From assembly GCF_009914755.1 (NCBI RefSeq), contig NC_060931.1: DNA of 64,000 bases; one strand, given 5' to 3'. Positions 29,254 through 43,879 of the stretch are shown here, in pieces. The DNA is from the human T2T-CHM13v2.0 reference genome, Homo sapiens. The notes beneath the pieces are model-generated. The model saw only the letters and a list, made by a program, of their open reading frames with translations. It was not told where the DNA came from and searched no databases. Position 1 is the first letter of the stretch. Each line of letters opens with the position of its first letter. A program made the translations under genes and the position numbers.

Positions 29254-31304
29254 TCCCTTTGCTTTTTTAAACCATGAACTGAAGGGCTATATCATACTGA
29301 CATCAACAAAGTGTTAGATGAATAAGTCATCATGCTCTTGTCATAGCAACCACCTGGATCTTAACCTTCTCTCCAGTCTCTGGAAATTCGACCAAATAAG
29401 TGTTACTTCGAGTATGACTTTATTACCAAATGACAGTATTTTTGAAGCACTCATTTAGGATCCATTAAAAGTTGGAGGTTGTGACCATTTGATATTGAAA
29501 GTCATGCCTGCTTGGAGACAAGTTAATGTTGACATATTGCTTTTTCACCAACTCTCCCAATACCCCAACCTTGGAAACATGGGAGCACAAGATAGTTAAA
29601 TAGATAGTTTAAAAGATGGCATTTCTTTTTTCTGTTCTATGTGGGCTTTCCAAAGAAAAGTCTTGGAGAAGCTAAACAATGTGTGTAGAAGATCACACAG
29701 GGATATCACAAGTGATAAATTTTATACCCAGTGTCATCCCAAAGCCAATATGCAGCTTCGCACTCCTCGGCAACGGAACAGGCCTCTCTCCTTCACAAAA
29801 GAGAGCTTCGTGAAGCTTCATCCCTAAGTTTTGGGTTGGGGGTAAAATAAAGAAGAGGACTGATGGGTTGTTCTTGAGCTTACTACTCATTCATACATCT
29901 TCTTGCCCTTTCTGTTTGGTGGGATTTCCCCTAATCATTTATATCCTTCTGGTGTCCACAAGGAGACCTAAATTCCCAATTAGATAGGCTTTATGAAATT
30001 TTAAAAGTAAATGTATATATTAGAATTAGTTTAGGAGAAAGGAGAGAAGAGTAAAAGAAGATAGGTAAAGATTCATATTTGTCCTTAAAGATTCAAGCTT
30101 CTGGATGCCACAAATATTTTGATTAATGGGGACCTCAAGAATAATTTTGTTCACCACTGTCCCAATGCTTGCCCCCCGTCCACAATATTTCTGTCCAGTG
30201 AATGCATTGTATTTTCTTTTCTCCAGTTTCTGTTGGAATACCCGTATCTGATAGGAAACACACGTCTGAAGGCATGCAGTGAGGATGTTGATTTCCCTTG
30301 CCTTTTCTTATCATTTATTAATAGATTCAGAAACAATTTACTGAATGTTTGCTCTTTGCTAGAGACCTGGTTCTTGCTAAGAAATGCAACCTTTCATATG
30401 AGACAGTCTTGCTCTTGGAATTTGCTTGTATAGTCACCACACTATCCATGAACACTTAGACCCCTGTTTATAATAATTTTAAAAATCCTAAAGACAACTG
30501 ATTAGAAAAGTCACTTCATCCAGGTTGGGCCACTCAGATCCCTTCTTCTATGAGGTAAACTTGAGTCCCAGAGCCCCTCCTTATTCTCTTTGGGGTCCCC
30601 GAGTGAAATGCTCATGTAAAATTTAATCTGGGTAGCCATATCTGAAATAAGTGAAAGGTAGGCTGAGAAGGCCATGCTTCTAAGAAAAAGTAATAAAGCA
30701 GACTCCTAGAGAGAAACAACAATGATTGACCACGTGGCACCAGAGACGATGGAGACTGTTATCTACCCTTTCAGCCTGAGGTGGTTTCCCTCTAGTTATT
30801 GGCATCTGCTTCTCAAGAGATCTTCTCCTTAAGTTCCGGAGATACTATCTTATTCTTCCTTCCCCAGTCCTCCTGCAATTGTCTGGCTAGTCTGAGAGTG
30901 TTTGTATCTACAACTCAATGATTTCTGCCTAGGTCTTTGTTATTCAGGTAGCCACAGGAATAGACTCTTTTGACACATCTGAAAAGATATGTCCATGGCC
31001 GCTTCTCTGTGGGAGGAAAGTAAAGGGCTCTACTTTTCTCAGAGAGGTTATTTATTTTTCATTGTTGAATCCCTTTTGCTCCTTCTACCTTTACTGTTGA
31101 ACTCCAATGTGTGTGGAGGGTGTTGGGCATGGAGAAAGTTTTATTTTCTCACCCACATTAGCTACCATTTTGACCACCATTTCTGCATAAGTTGGGATAT
31201 ACAGACAACTAGAGGAAGGTTTAAAGAGCAGTCTACTAATTGCCTCCAAGATCATCTAAACTTTACAGAGTCAAGGCTGTGTGGAAAAGTAAGCTATTCT
31301 GTAA

Positions 31305-31758
31305 TGTTGGATCAAACAAAAGGGGAGATTCTCACTGGTCATGCTTATTGAAAACAAAACCCAACAAATGAGGATAATTAAATTACAATGACCAAACAGG
31401 GTTGTCATGATGCCACAGTTACTCCCCTGAAATTCCTGTACCTTTTTACTTATAAGAATTCCAGGAGCTGGTTTCATCACAAACTGATAATGACTATTCC
31501 AAGAAGTGCTGTAGCCTTTAGCCAATCATCTGTTAGCTCCTTTCTGTTGACCAATGGTATTTCTGGATGAACAGGCTGAGACCACCTTGGTATACCTCTT
31601 CGTTTTGTCCTTAAAAATCTGCTTGTAAACTCCCCAACTGAAAGCACTTCTCTGACGTAGTTTGCATATGTGTTTCCCGGGTTACACTCCTCAAATTTGG
31701 CCAAAACAAATTCTTTACTTATGCTAATTTTGCCTTAGACTTTTATTTCAGATCAACA
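31305..31758 (+). mobile_element. ERV1-class solo LTR (MER34/MER39-like, family uncertain)
   Basis: tgttg...caaca termini, CCAAT boxes, cttaaaaatctgcttgtaa and tgtttcccggg...cctcaaatttggc motifs. Confidence 0.5.
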
Positions 31759-33397
31759 TTATGGATGCCTTAGATGGATGTGTTTTAGGTGACCCAGTTG
31801 TTCAATGGGTCGCCTCCATTCTTTATCTCTTTCTAAAACCTCTTATTCTTCCCTTAGTCTTATTCTTTTAAGTCTTTCCCCCATCCTAAATTCTAGTCCT
31901 CATTTTTTGTCTATTTTAGTTACTCTTCCCTAAATACATATCCAATCCCGAATCTCCTCTGAATTTTATGGTGAGATTATTATCCCCAGCTCCTCACAGC
32001 TGCTTGTTTATGCTCCTGGGGAAAGAGAAACTATGGCATCAGTCATGGAGTCACCTCTGCAGCCTGGCTTTCTCCCTTCCCTTTCGTTTGAGCTCCAGCT
32101 ATAAGCTCGTTCCCAGAAGCTATACTTGCTTTGGCGCTTATACTCATTCTGTTCCCTCTATGTAAAGTAAATATTCTCCTACATTTCCTAACTTTGTAGC
32201 TTACAATCCTCTGTCCAAACTTGGTGGTTCCCAGAGTACTTGCATCTTATTTGATTGTTTGGTCACTGCACCTGAGAATTTGCCGTGTGTAATTCTGCAT
32301 AAAGAAATACTGTATGGTAATATATTCAACATACCATCTCACATGCTTACCTGATACATCTGCTTGTATGGCTGTGAAGTTTAAATAACTTAAAATACAA
32401 AAAAATTAGGGATATTGGATTTGGGAAATACAAGAGTTGTAAAATGACTAATTAAATAATACAACAGTAAATGATTTTATGGCTTCTAGTTATTTTTCAA
32501 GCTGGAAATTATTTGGCATATAAGAAAATGCAAGAATTCAAGCAAGATATTTGTCATAAAATAAAATGATTAAGGTGGGGATTTCATGTGGTTCTTTCAT
32601 TTGCTCCTCTTGCGTTAGAACAATTCAGGAGGTTTGTGCTTATGAGCCGTTTATGACACTTAATTCGTCTTTAAATTAAGGCATATTTTCACTCCAGGAT
32701 TGTTTTTCCCCTCCATATAAAAATAAAAGACAAGCTTTGTAAGGCCTATGAACAGTTTAACTAAGTTGCTTGCCCTTCATGCCAGTGACAAGTAATGAGT
32801 AAGAACTAGTAGGTGTCATTGAGAAAACAGACATTGTCACTCCAGTGTCAATCAAAATTATCTGGTAGTGAAAACTGGACTTTAAATTTTAAAAATAACG
32901 TGAGAGCTGCTAGAAAAATTATGAAGAATTGAGTAGGGTCACAGCACTCGACAAATCTTCCAATTTCTCTGCCACTGGCTTAGTGTCACCTGTACATTTT
33001 CTAGTCTAAAAGAATGTAATAGCCCAACAGGGTCAGCAGCGATATGCACCTCTCCCAAATACATTTCTGTTTACATTCCTGAGGTCCAATTATGATAACA
33101 ATGACATAATATGAATTCTAAACACATTTGTATTGTTGATATAGTAAGAAATTTTTCAACTAATTAGAAAACTCTACCTTTTAAAACTGCACAGTTAATA
33201 AATATAACACATACGCATGTGCTGCTGTTTCTGCTTTTGTTTTTTGTTTTAGCTAAGAGCTAAGCCTATGACTACTACTTCAGGAATGTTTGTCAATTTA
33301 ATATGAGCTGAGGACCATCGCACTTCTAGCCTTCAAGCTTGTATTCTATCAGGAAGAAGGGATAGAGAAGAATTGGTAGAAAACATTGTATATCTTT

Positions 33398-33545
33398 GCC
33401 GGGCACATGTTTGTAGTCCCAGCTATCTGAGAGACTGAGGTAGAAGAATCACTTCAGCCCAGGAATTCAAGACCATCCTGGGCAACATAGTGAGACCTTG
33501 TCTTTAAAAATAAATAAATACAAATAAGTTTTAAAATAAAATAAA
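33398..33545 (+). mobile_element. FLAM (Alu monomer)
   Basis: gccgggc...tgtagtcccagcta...gcccaggaattcaagaccatcctgggcaacatagtgagacc plus (TAAA)n. Confidence 0.8.
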
Positions 33546-33937
33546 ACAAAATATGTGTTTTTTAAAAAATTGTATGAACTCAACATATGGCTAATTTTCT
33601 TCATTTGTTTCATTATTAATGAAATTAAGGAAATACAAATATTCATTTTAATACAGATTTATTATGTAGAAGTGTTTGAACATCTTTACACTATTTACTC
33701 TTTTATCACAAACCCTTCATTGCTTTTTATTCTTGGCACCATTCTTAGGAAAATGGAGACCACAGCACCAGCTTCTCCCTGCAAATCCCCATTTGTGCTT
33801 GAGCAGCCAAGTGGTTCACACTTCTTGCCACATTCAGAAGAAACTTCATTCATTATGCCAAAAATAACTGAGAAATAATGAGAATGTTTCCTATAAAGTC
33901 TAAAAATCATACTAAAGAGGGGATCCATTTATACTGC

Positions 33938-34090
33938 TGTTAGGAATTGAATTGTGTTCCTCCTTCCAGATTTCTGTGTTGCAGTCTTGATCCTCAGAAC
34001 TTCAGAATGTGACTGTATGAGAATACCGGAGTAGGTTGGGCCCATCATCTTATATGACTTGGGTCCCCATACAAAAAGGAAATTTGGATA
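33938..34090 (+). mobile_element. MLT1B/C LTR fragment
   Basis: ttgaattgtgttcc...cttcagaatgtgactgtat...gtaggttgggccc...aaatttgga. Confidence 0.55.
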
Positions 34091-34212
34091 TCTCAACCTG
34101 AATGAAAAAAAGATAATCAATATATACCAACTTTAAGGTGAACCAAATGTTAAAATTATCTAACAAAGATTTTAAGGCAGGTGAATTGAAAATGCTCCAA
34201 CAAACAACCAAC

Positions 34213-34478
34213 CACAGATGAAAAATATTAAAAATTAATAAACAGCAATACGATAAAAATAATACAAATAAGAAACCAGTATAGTATAACAACTATTTAC
34301 ATTGTATTAGGTATTCTAAGTAACCTAGAGATGATTTAAAGTATACAGGAAGATGTGCATAAGTTATATGCAAATACTACACCATTTTTTTGTCAGAATC
34401 TTGAGCATCCTCATATGTTGATATTCAAGAGGGGTCCTGGAACCAATCAATCACCCATGGATACAGAGGAATGACTGT
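34213..34478 (+). mobile_element. MER2 (TcMar-Tigger) partial
   Basis: ataacaactatttacattgtattaggtatt...gagatgatttaaagtatacagg...ggggtcctggaaccaatc...ggatacagaggaatgactgta. Confidence 0.8.
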
Positions 34479-34767
34479 ACACAGCAAAAAAAACAAAACA
34501 AAACAAAAACTAGAAAGCGTCAGCAAAGAATTAAACAATTCAGCAAAGACACAAAAACATAAAGACTTTGAGAGAAAAGAGGAGACCAGTTGGGCACAGC
34601 TGCTGTAATGTGATAAACAGCTTTGAAAAACTAGGTAATTTTACTTTTTTATTTGTGGTTACATTAGTTTGCTAGGGACAATCACTTTAATCATTTTTCT
34701 CCTGAGTATGATGTCCACCTGTATTTCTAAAACAATTGGCTTATGTCATAATTTCTTGTTTTTCAGA

Positions 34768-35072
34768 TTTTTGTTTTGTTTTGTTTTTTGAGATGCAGTC
34801 TTTCTCTGTCGCTCAGGCTGGAGTGCAATTGAATGATCTCGGCTCACTGCAACCTCCGCCTCCTGGGTTCAAGCAATTCTCCTGCCTCAGCCTCCCGAGT
34901 AGCTGAGATTACCGGCACCTGCCACCATGCCCAATTAATGTTTGTATTTTTAGTAGAGACAGGGTTTTGCCATGTTGGTCAGGCTGGTCTCGAACTCCTC
35001 ACCTCAGGTGATCCACCCACCTCAGCTTCCCAAAGTGCTTGGATTACGGGCATGAACCACTGTGCCTGGCCC
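34768..35072 (-). mobile_element. AluS (Sx/Sq-like)
   Basis: Alu dimer with (TTTTG)n tail; TSD tgtttttcag on both sides. Confidence 0.9.
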
Positions 35073-36950
35073 TGTTTTTCAGTTTTAAGAATTGTCTGTT
35101 GACTTGCTGCTATGCAAAATGAGGATACCATTGTTGAACACACACACACTCACCACCTCCTTTCATTTTCCCAGGGTAGTTTTGGATTAGAGCAATATCC
35201 TATGTTACATTTCTAGGATAAAATGTATATTATCTGCTTCTGAGTAGTGGAATATATTTTGAGTTAAATTACTTCCTATATGCATTTCTTAAATTACCAC
35301 CTTACCTTATATTTTCTCTTTTCTCTTTCTTTTAAGCTTCTTCATTGTTTGCTATCCAAGTTACAGTCTAATTTGAGATTTTCTGAAGATTGATCACAGT
35401 CTGTCATTGGCATTGGGAAAAGTGGAATGGAAAAAGTCTTTTTGCTTTTTTAGTTTTGTTTCCATTTTGAATTCCATACATGTGTTATTTTGATAAAAAT
35501 TAAAATGTTGTAAGAGAAATAAAAGCAATTACTAGGAGCTTAGAAGAAGTTAAAACTTTTTTAAGTACTTGAGATTATTATATGTTCCCACTGTCCACCG
35601 ATTTTATAAAGAGAAGTTGAGGACCAGAGAGACTGAGAAAACAGCACCATTCCACAGTTAGGGGAGCCAGGGCTTCAGGCCACATCTGTCTGACTTCCAG
35701 TCCAATCTCTGTGCAATACCTTAATGAGAGGTGGGGGAAGAAGGCAAGGGTGACATGGGTTGGCATGCTGTCTGTTCAGAGGATACCTTCCAGGCTTGGA
35801 GAACAACACTGTGATAAGCCACCATGATTCAATTTGTAGCCAGAAAGGTAATCCACGTCACAAGGATGACAGGGCTGAATTACAGAGGGCTGGGAGCTTC
35901 TGTCAGGATTAACTGGTCACCTGAGTAGAAGAAAAGACACTCAGCTGTGAAGCAAAATGAAACAATTACGATAAGAAGGCCCCGCTCAGGTTTACTTGCA
36001 ACTATGAAGTACTGTTTTCTAGACTTGAGCTTAGTTTGGGCAAATTAACAAACTTATATATAAATGAACAAAGGAAGACCGTTTCTTGATCAAATTAGTC
36101 AAAATCCAGTGCCATGTGGCTTCCTTGCTAATGTTAGTTTACTTCAAAAAGGGGTTATTTATGCTAATCTTTCATCCATCACCCCAAGTCAATTAGCAAA
36201 GTGCGCAATTGCTTAACAAGTAATGCCTATATTATAAAATACTCTCTAATACCTTAAGATGATGTATGAATGTTGGGGTTTTATTTGTACCTCTCACTAT
36301 CCCTTTATGTTACAGGCAATAATACAACAGGCCATTAATGTCTATTTAGTAATTGCTTGTTTATTAAGCACTTAACTGAAGTGCTTCTCATTAACGGGGG
36401 GGAATTTAAATAAGAAAATAATAGGAAAATAAATTGTTGACAAATGGATGTCATGGCATATGGCTACTGTTGTCAAGGCTTGCAGTGATCAGCATCTCAC
36501 CTTTTTTCTTCTTTCACATACTTATCACATTTCTTTTGTGTTCTAGTGTCTGAGCTAGGTGTTGGGGGTGCAGACATATTCTACAAGCAGTCCAAATCCT
36601 GAGGACACGGAGGAAAGAGCCACCACCTGTCTGTCTTCAGGGGAAAGGTAATGCTTTAGTTAAGCTTGAGTGGAAGTTAAGCTTTAGTTAAGCCTAGATG
36701 TTAAGCTTGAGTGGAAGTTTTTCCAGCAGAAGAGGGTGGAAAGGCTCACTCTGAAAGGGCACAAGGCTACACCAAGGCTTGTTTCCTTTGCCTCTGAAGT
36801 GTCTAGTCATCATGAGCAGGTCTTGCTATGGCACTAAGTGTTTTATCTATGAAAATATGATTCTTTAGAAATATTTTTTCTGGTGGTTATGATAAACTCC
36901 TTTAAGATTTTAATGGAATATAATTTACTTCACATATGTAGGCTCTAAGG

Positions 36951-37163
36951 CAAGCTTGTCCAACCTACAACCCGCGGGCCGCATGTGGGCCAGGACAGCT
37001 TTGAATGCGGCCCAACACAGATTCATAAATTTCTTAAAACATTATGACATTTTTTGCAATCTTTTTTAAAGGTCACTAGCTATGATTAGTGTATTTTATA
37101 TGTGGCCCAAGACAATTCTTCTTCTTATAATGTGGCCGAGGAAGGCAAAATCTGAATACCCTG
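36951..37163. mobile_element. MER30 (hAT-Charlie) DNA transposon
   Basis: caagcttgtccaacc...cgggccgcatg...ctttgaatgcggcccaacac...gtggcccaagacaattcttcttc; perfect 8-bp TSD ctctaagg. Confidence 0.88.
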
Positions 37164-37999
37164 CTCTAAGGCTAACAGATCTTCATATAAATCCCAAATC
37201 CTCTGCTCTTTACCATGTGACTTCAATGTACTAAATCTACTTGAAATTGTCTCCTCATTTTGAAATTATAAATAGCATAGCCTATGTGCTAGAGTTATGC
37301 TGAGTATTAAATGATAGAATGATAGTAACTAGCACACTGTTTTTCATCTCATTTTGCTTTATTTCATGTGACTGTGTTATACTATCTAATGTGAATGAAA
37401 AATAAACAAGATTTGGTTCTTTGCAAAGAAGAAAGTTCTAAAGCCTTAGAAGTTAGTTTCAAGTTTCTATGACCTTTCAGAAATGTATTCATGGATCAAT
37501 AGATACATTGAAAATGGATATTTATGAACGTCATTGCGTAAGTTCAAGAAAAAGAGAAAAAAGTGATATTAACAATGGCTGAATGTTGCATGATGTCTTT
37601 CCTCATAGAATCAGAGTCATGAAAGTATTTCTGAGATGAAGAAATATTTCTGAGACTGGGCCTTGATATAAGCTGTAACAAGGCTAAAGTAGGCCTTTCT
37701 CTGGGCTAGGGACACATTAAGAATCTGGAAATAATATGCATATAGTAGCTGTTTAGGTCACGCCTGGCAAGTATTCTGGGTATATATTTCCTTTAAGAAC
37801 ATTACCAGTGAGATTGGCTTGGGTGCTATTGATTTGGCTGGCATTCATCAAAAAAAAAAAAAATGAAGAAAAATAGACAAAGAATTTAAATTAGGGGTTA
37901 GATCTGCTGAAAATTATAAGGCTGAGATTTCCTTTTTCAGTGAAAATAACAAGAAGCTTAATTACTAAGTTAGGAATTTCTAATGTTCCCTCAATTCCA

Positions 38000-38001
<2 letters not shown>

Positions 38002-38034
<33 letters not shown>
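38002..38034. repeat. (CA)n microsatellite
   Basis: About 16 perfect CA units. Confidence 0.95.
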
Positions 38035-38038
<4 letters not shown>

Positions 38039-39533
38039 ACTTGAAGTTTTCTCCTCCAAATACTTACAATGTTTTATAATTTGAATGCCACTCCAATAAA
38101 TATGTTCCTGAAACTGTTCTGAATCTTCATTCCAGACCCCTCTTTAGTTAGCTGAACATTCCCAACGAGTGAGTAAGTCCAATATGGTATTGATTGCTGT
38201 TTTGGTGTTAGGTATTAAAAAAGATTATCATTATTGACAAGAAACTAGTCTCTCACTTTGCCCTGTTGGACATTACCTGAATTGTAGCCAAGAGTAGCCT
38301 TCAGAATCTGTGTGTGAGGGTAACCATGACCTTGAGTAGCCATCTCTGAACACTGCGGGAAACAGGAAAGGAGGCATGTGAGGTAGAAGCTCACATTTTT
38401 CCACAGCACTGATTTTTGGCTGCTGTTCACCTTGCAGTCTCTTCTGGGAGGCTTCACAGATCCGGATAAATGATGGTCTCTGCTAATGTTACATGTTAGA
38501 AAAGCAGACTGGGGGTTGGCCAGGATAGCTGACCAGAAACACCAGTATTATAGGTCACCTACTAAATTCCAGCTCTAATGATATACTTTTGGAATAATAT
38601 AAAGAAATTTTCTGTTACTTAATGGCAATTGATAGATTGCTTATTTTACTTTTATTTGAAATGTTTCAGAAAAATTCCATCCATGTAGGCTCCAGGACAG
38701 AGTGGGCTCTTCTCATGATTCCTCTAAAATAACCTGGCCTGGACTGGACACTCTTACCTATCATAATCCCTTTATTTCAGTGTCTGGCCTGTAAGCTGAT
38801 ATGTTCCATAATGGGCCTGCACTTAGCACTTCTATGAATCTCTTAGTTCTTGATATTCTTTCATATTTATGCATCATTCTCCCCTAAAGCTCATAAGCCA
38901 CCAGGATGGTACAGTGTATTCTCAAAAGCATCTAACCATGCTCAGCATTTAATTGTCACATAAAATGCTCTCTAAATTACAGAGGATGATAATTCATATT
39001 TTAGCTTCAAATTATCTATTTTGAGAGGGCTAAAGTAAACAATTTTATATGCAGATGATTATTTAGATAGTAATTGATTTGTGGAAAATATAACAACTTG
39101 AAAGTGGAATATGAGTTGTAGTCTTTGTTTGGCCTAAAAGTGTCCAAGCTGTAAGTTATAGGAATAGTCCATGTAAATCCAGCTCATCTGAAGCTCTTTT
39201 ACTAATTCACTGTGCAGCATAAGCCCACTCACTTTGTCCCCATGTGATTTAATCACCTACGTAGAGTGAAATTACTAGATAAATCTCTTTCCAATGGGAA
39301 CATGGTCAGGCTCCTTGTATAAGAATTTAATTTCCTTGATTGCGTTGAATGTAAAATGGAATAACATTAAGTAGAGTATTTATTTTTACCACTGATATAA
39401 GGACTCCAGTTTCAGCTCAGACATGTAAAAGACCTGGGAAGTCGTTATATCTGCCCCACAGCAACAAGAAATCTGAGCAAAATGAAAATCAATGACTTTT
39501 CTTGGAGCCATCAGAAAACTGAGTTTGTAGCGT

Positions 39534-39735
39534 TTGTTAGTCTGCATTGCTATGAAGGAATACTTGTGACTGGGTAATTTATAAAGTTAGTTGGTATATT
39601 TTGGCTCATACTTCTGCAGGCTGCATGGGAAGTGTGGTGATCTGCTTCTGATGAGGGCCTCAGGAAGCTTACAATCACGGCAGAAGGTGAAGGGGAGCCA
39701 TTGTCATGTGTCAAGAGAGGGAGCAAGAGAAAAGG
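39534..39735 (-). mobile_element. MSTA/B MaLR LTR fragment (short remnant continues after the Alu to ~40064)
   Basis: gcattgctatgaaggaatac...ctgggtaatttataaag...gagggcctcaggaagcttacaatcacggcagaaggtgaagggga. Confidence 0.75.
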
Positions 39736-40033
<298 letters not shown>

Positions 40034-43021
40034 AAGAGAATATGGGAGGTTCCAGTCCCTTTTTGTCCAGGAACTCACCCAACATTTACAAAGGGGAACA
40101 AAGAAGAACCTAGAAAAAGTTCATCCCTCACTCCTTTCCCCACACACACTGTAGTGCTGGCTGGGGTTGGTGGAAGAAGCAGCCACTGCCAAATCTACCC
40201 AGACTATTTCCAACTATGTACTTCATGGATAAAAGGCTTAATCTGGAGGGAAAATTATCAAAGTTAACCCTGAGACACTGTTTTAATTTATTAAACTGAA
40301 AGATGGAAATAGAGATCACCACCAAATCTCTAACCAGAAGCATAATCCCAGTTTCCCCTAAGCAACCAAAGTCTCAATCTGCAGGAGAAAAGGCTTCAAA
40401 ACCACTGCAATTTGGGAAAAAGAAGAGGAGCAATAAGATGAGGAAGAATTTTTATCCCAGGAAAAGGGACAGGAATAGCTGTGAAGGCTACATGTCCAGG
40501 ACTTAGGTTTTGATACGTGCCAAAATCTTTAGCTAAATGTGAACATCAGATAACCTTCTTCTTAGCCAGGACCACCACCACTGTAAAAAACAACAGTAAA
40601 AGTAGCAGTGGAATACAACTGTGAAGAGGCACATGGGGAGACTCAGTCAAGTGGGAGCCAAGAAAGGGCACCAATGGAGTGGCCAGAAAGCGCTGGTGCC
40701 CATGGCACAAACAGTTTCAAATGCAGCTTGTCTTCTGACCAGATGAACATCCATCTCCACATTTAAGGCCTCACACAAGGAAACTTGTGCTTTTCTCCCA
40801 ACATATAAAATTTATCTAATATCTGCTGTTCTTTTCATGTCTAGCTATAACCAAAAAATTATAAGGAATATTAAAAAGCAAGAAAAAAAGTCATTCAAAG
40901 TGACAAAGCAATTGTTAGAACTAGACAGAGCCATGACACAGAGGTTGGAATTATCAGACAAGGAATTTGAAAAAGAAAACTCTGCTTAACATGTTAACGG
41001 CTTCAATGGAAATGCTAGACAAAATGACAACACTCAGTGCCAGGTGGATAATTTGAATAGAGAGATGGAAATTATAAGAAAAAATCAAATTGAAATACTG
41101 GAAATAAAAATATAGCAATGGAAATGACAAATTCCTTTGATGGACTCATTAGTAGACTGGACATGGCTGAGGAAAGAATCAGTAAACTTAAACATAGGTT
41201 TATAGAAACTTACTAAACTGGAAGCAAAGAGAAAAAAAATGAAAAACAAAACCAGAACACTAATAGAACATCCCAACACTGTGGGACACAATCAAATAGT
41301 GTAACATATGCATAGTTGCATTCTGAGAATAAGAAAAGGAGAAGGGAGTATAAAAAAAATTGAAGAAATAATGGCTGAGAATTTTCTAAAACCAATAAAC
41401 AAAACTACAGGCCTAAGGAGTTTAGAGGAAAAAAAACAGAATTAATACTGAAAACACACACACACACACACTCACAAACACACACCCCATATCCTATTCA
41501 AACTCCCCTGAAGCCAGGACAAAAAGCAAATCTCCAAAGAAAGTGGGAAAAAAAAATCATGCTAGTCACAGAGGAACAAGGATAAGAATTACAGCAGACT
41601 TCTCATCATAAATTATGCAAGCAAAGAGACAATGGCATGGCATACTTAAAGTGTAGAAAGATAAAACAGAAAGATAAACACAAAAATCTGTCATACATAG
41701 AGCAAAAATATTCTGCAAAAGTGAAAAAGAAATAATGAAGGCTTTCTCAGTCAAAGAAAACTAAGGGAATTCATGGCTAGCAGATATGTCCTAAAAGAAA
41801 TGGGAATAAAATGGAATCACAAACATACAGACACAAAATTTAAAAATAAATGTGATCTCTGTCAGCATAGGGCAAGATCCCTGCTTGTTCTAGTCTCTAA
41901 TATGTAACAGAAGGCCCACTCTCTGATCTCAGCAGGAGCTTGGGTGCCTCTTCTAATTCCAGGTAAGAGATGAGAGCTTTTGCATGAGCTGCAGTCATGA
42001 ATCCAGGGGATTGGCAGCAGAGATGAGAGATCAAATCAGGAAATAGTATTCAAGATGGAAATTAAATTGGGAAACAATAGGATGTCACAGAGACAGGAAT
42101 ACTAGAGTAAAAAAAGGAAAATAAATGTGGATGCAGGGAGGTATTGAGATCTTGGAGGTTTCCAGAGACGAGGGGGTCTCTTCTTAATGACACGTTTGCA
42201 TAAAGGAGTGGAATCCCCTTCAATGAGGTTATAGAAGTGGCATATCCTAAATGCATATCAAAGAATTATCTTTAATTCCTCAGATTGCTCCTCAGCTTCT
42301 TTCAGTCATTTACAATCGGTATTAACATCTGTTGCTCTGTAGCTTCTCAGTCTGATTGATTTTAATTACTTTATCATGCTCAGTGAACAGGTTATAAAAT
42401 ATTGAGTACCTAAATAAAAACTAATTAATGATTCTATGGCCACAATTCAAAAACAGTGGTCAAACAGGGAAACATTTTCTGATATATTTAATAACAGTGT
42501 TAGCAATTTTTACAGTAGAATAAATACTAAATATCCTTTAGGGAAATGGCCCATTATTCTTTGATACCTTAGAAATAATACACAAAAGAATCCTCAAAGA
42601 TAGATAAAATCTATAACTGTTAGTGCTGTATTTTTAATAAAATATTCCCACTGATATCTAAGATACATTCTTGATTTAAAAGAGTGACAAAGACTTTATT
42701 CTGATTGGCTGTGTTGAGTAGAATGGTACGGCAAATAAGTAGATTAAGAAGAGAGGCAGAGAAAGAACGTGGTTTATGATACTTGCAAGACTCAAAGCTT
42801 CTGTGTGCCACAATTTCCTTATCTCCAAAAGAGAGAACAAAAACAACTGCTGGTCTTTGCACTGGGACTGACCTTAGATTGGAAAATGACCTCTTTAGTT
42901 TCAGATAAGAAGTTTCCAATCTTGTTCCAAGATAAACTAGTTTACTTAGCTTTTCTATTCTATGAGATGTCTGTGAAGTAAGGACAATTATGCCTTCCTT
43001 ATAATTTATGAATGAAAAAGG

Positions 43022-43435
43022 CTGTATCAGTTAATAATGCTTTCAGCTGTGTGGAGCCGAGAGCGACTCCAACTTTCCCCTTAACAAATATGGCTTTACT
43101 TCCCTCACTTCCCAGGGAGCCCAGAGGCAGCTGAGCCAGGGTCAATGTAGCACATTCATACTAAGCTTCCCATAACTCTGAGTGAAGTGGGTGGGTTCAT
43201 GGCCCCAAGAGTCACAATTTCTCCGATCCAATTCTAACATCACATCTGCATTCCAAGCAGGAAGAAGGAATAGAAAGAGAGGCATCAGCAGAGTTCTGTG
43301 AATGCTGGACTGAGCACATTTATGTTACGTGACTGTCAGAAGCTACACTGAAGGCTGGGAACATGAACACTTAGCTTTTTCTATCTTTATAATAAAATCA
43401 CAGTAGGAAAAGTGGAATTTGGTGAGCCAATTCTC
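43022..43435 (-). mobile_element. Old MLT1 (J/K-like) LTR
   Basis: tgtatcagttaataatgctttcagctg...catcacatctgcattccaagcaggaagaagg...ggtgagccaa. Confidence 0.5.
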
Positions 43436-43879
43436 CCGACAGAAAGGAAGCCAAGGGCAGGGGAAAGAAGTAGCCTAAACCAAGAACTAATGGGAAAATA
43501 GGGCATACCCTAGAATATTGGAAGGGGGGCAGTGATTGATGGACTAGATATTTCTTTCCTCTGAAGGAAGAGAGCACCTGGTTGCATCTGGGATGGACTG
43601 GACGAAACTGGAAATCTTATTTAGAACCCAGCTGCAGGTTGCCGCTTTTCCTGAGAATGATGAACGAACGATGCAAGTAAACATTTCAAAGTGTCAGTAC
43701 CAAGCCTCCACCTCATCCATTTTCATAAAGACTTTCCAAAGACCTCTGACTTGACTTTACCTGTGGCTTTAATCCTCATTCCTACATTGCTCCTGACACG
43801 GTTTCCAACCTAGTGTACCTGCCTAGGTTTGCCTAGGCTGGCACTTCCACCATTAACATCTGGGCACGATGGCAAAGGT

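Noticed and set aside
28860-29270. 136-aa plus-strand ORF (MAKRRRSV...)
   Set aside because: Antisense to CDC14C in a GC-rich, stop-poor CpG island; no recognisable domain.
35850-36460. Repeat-free AT-rich stretch that might be a conserved enhancer (similar stretches near 32.4-33.1 kb and 59.6-59.95 kb)
   Set aside because: Conservation and activity cannot be judged from a single sequence.
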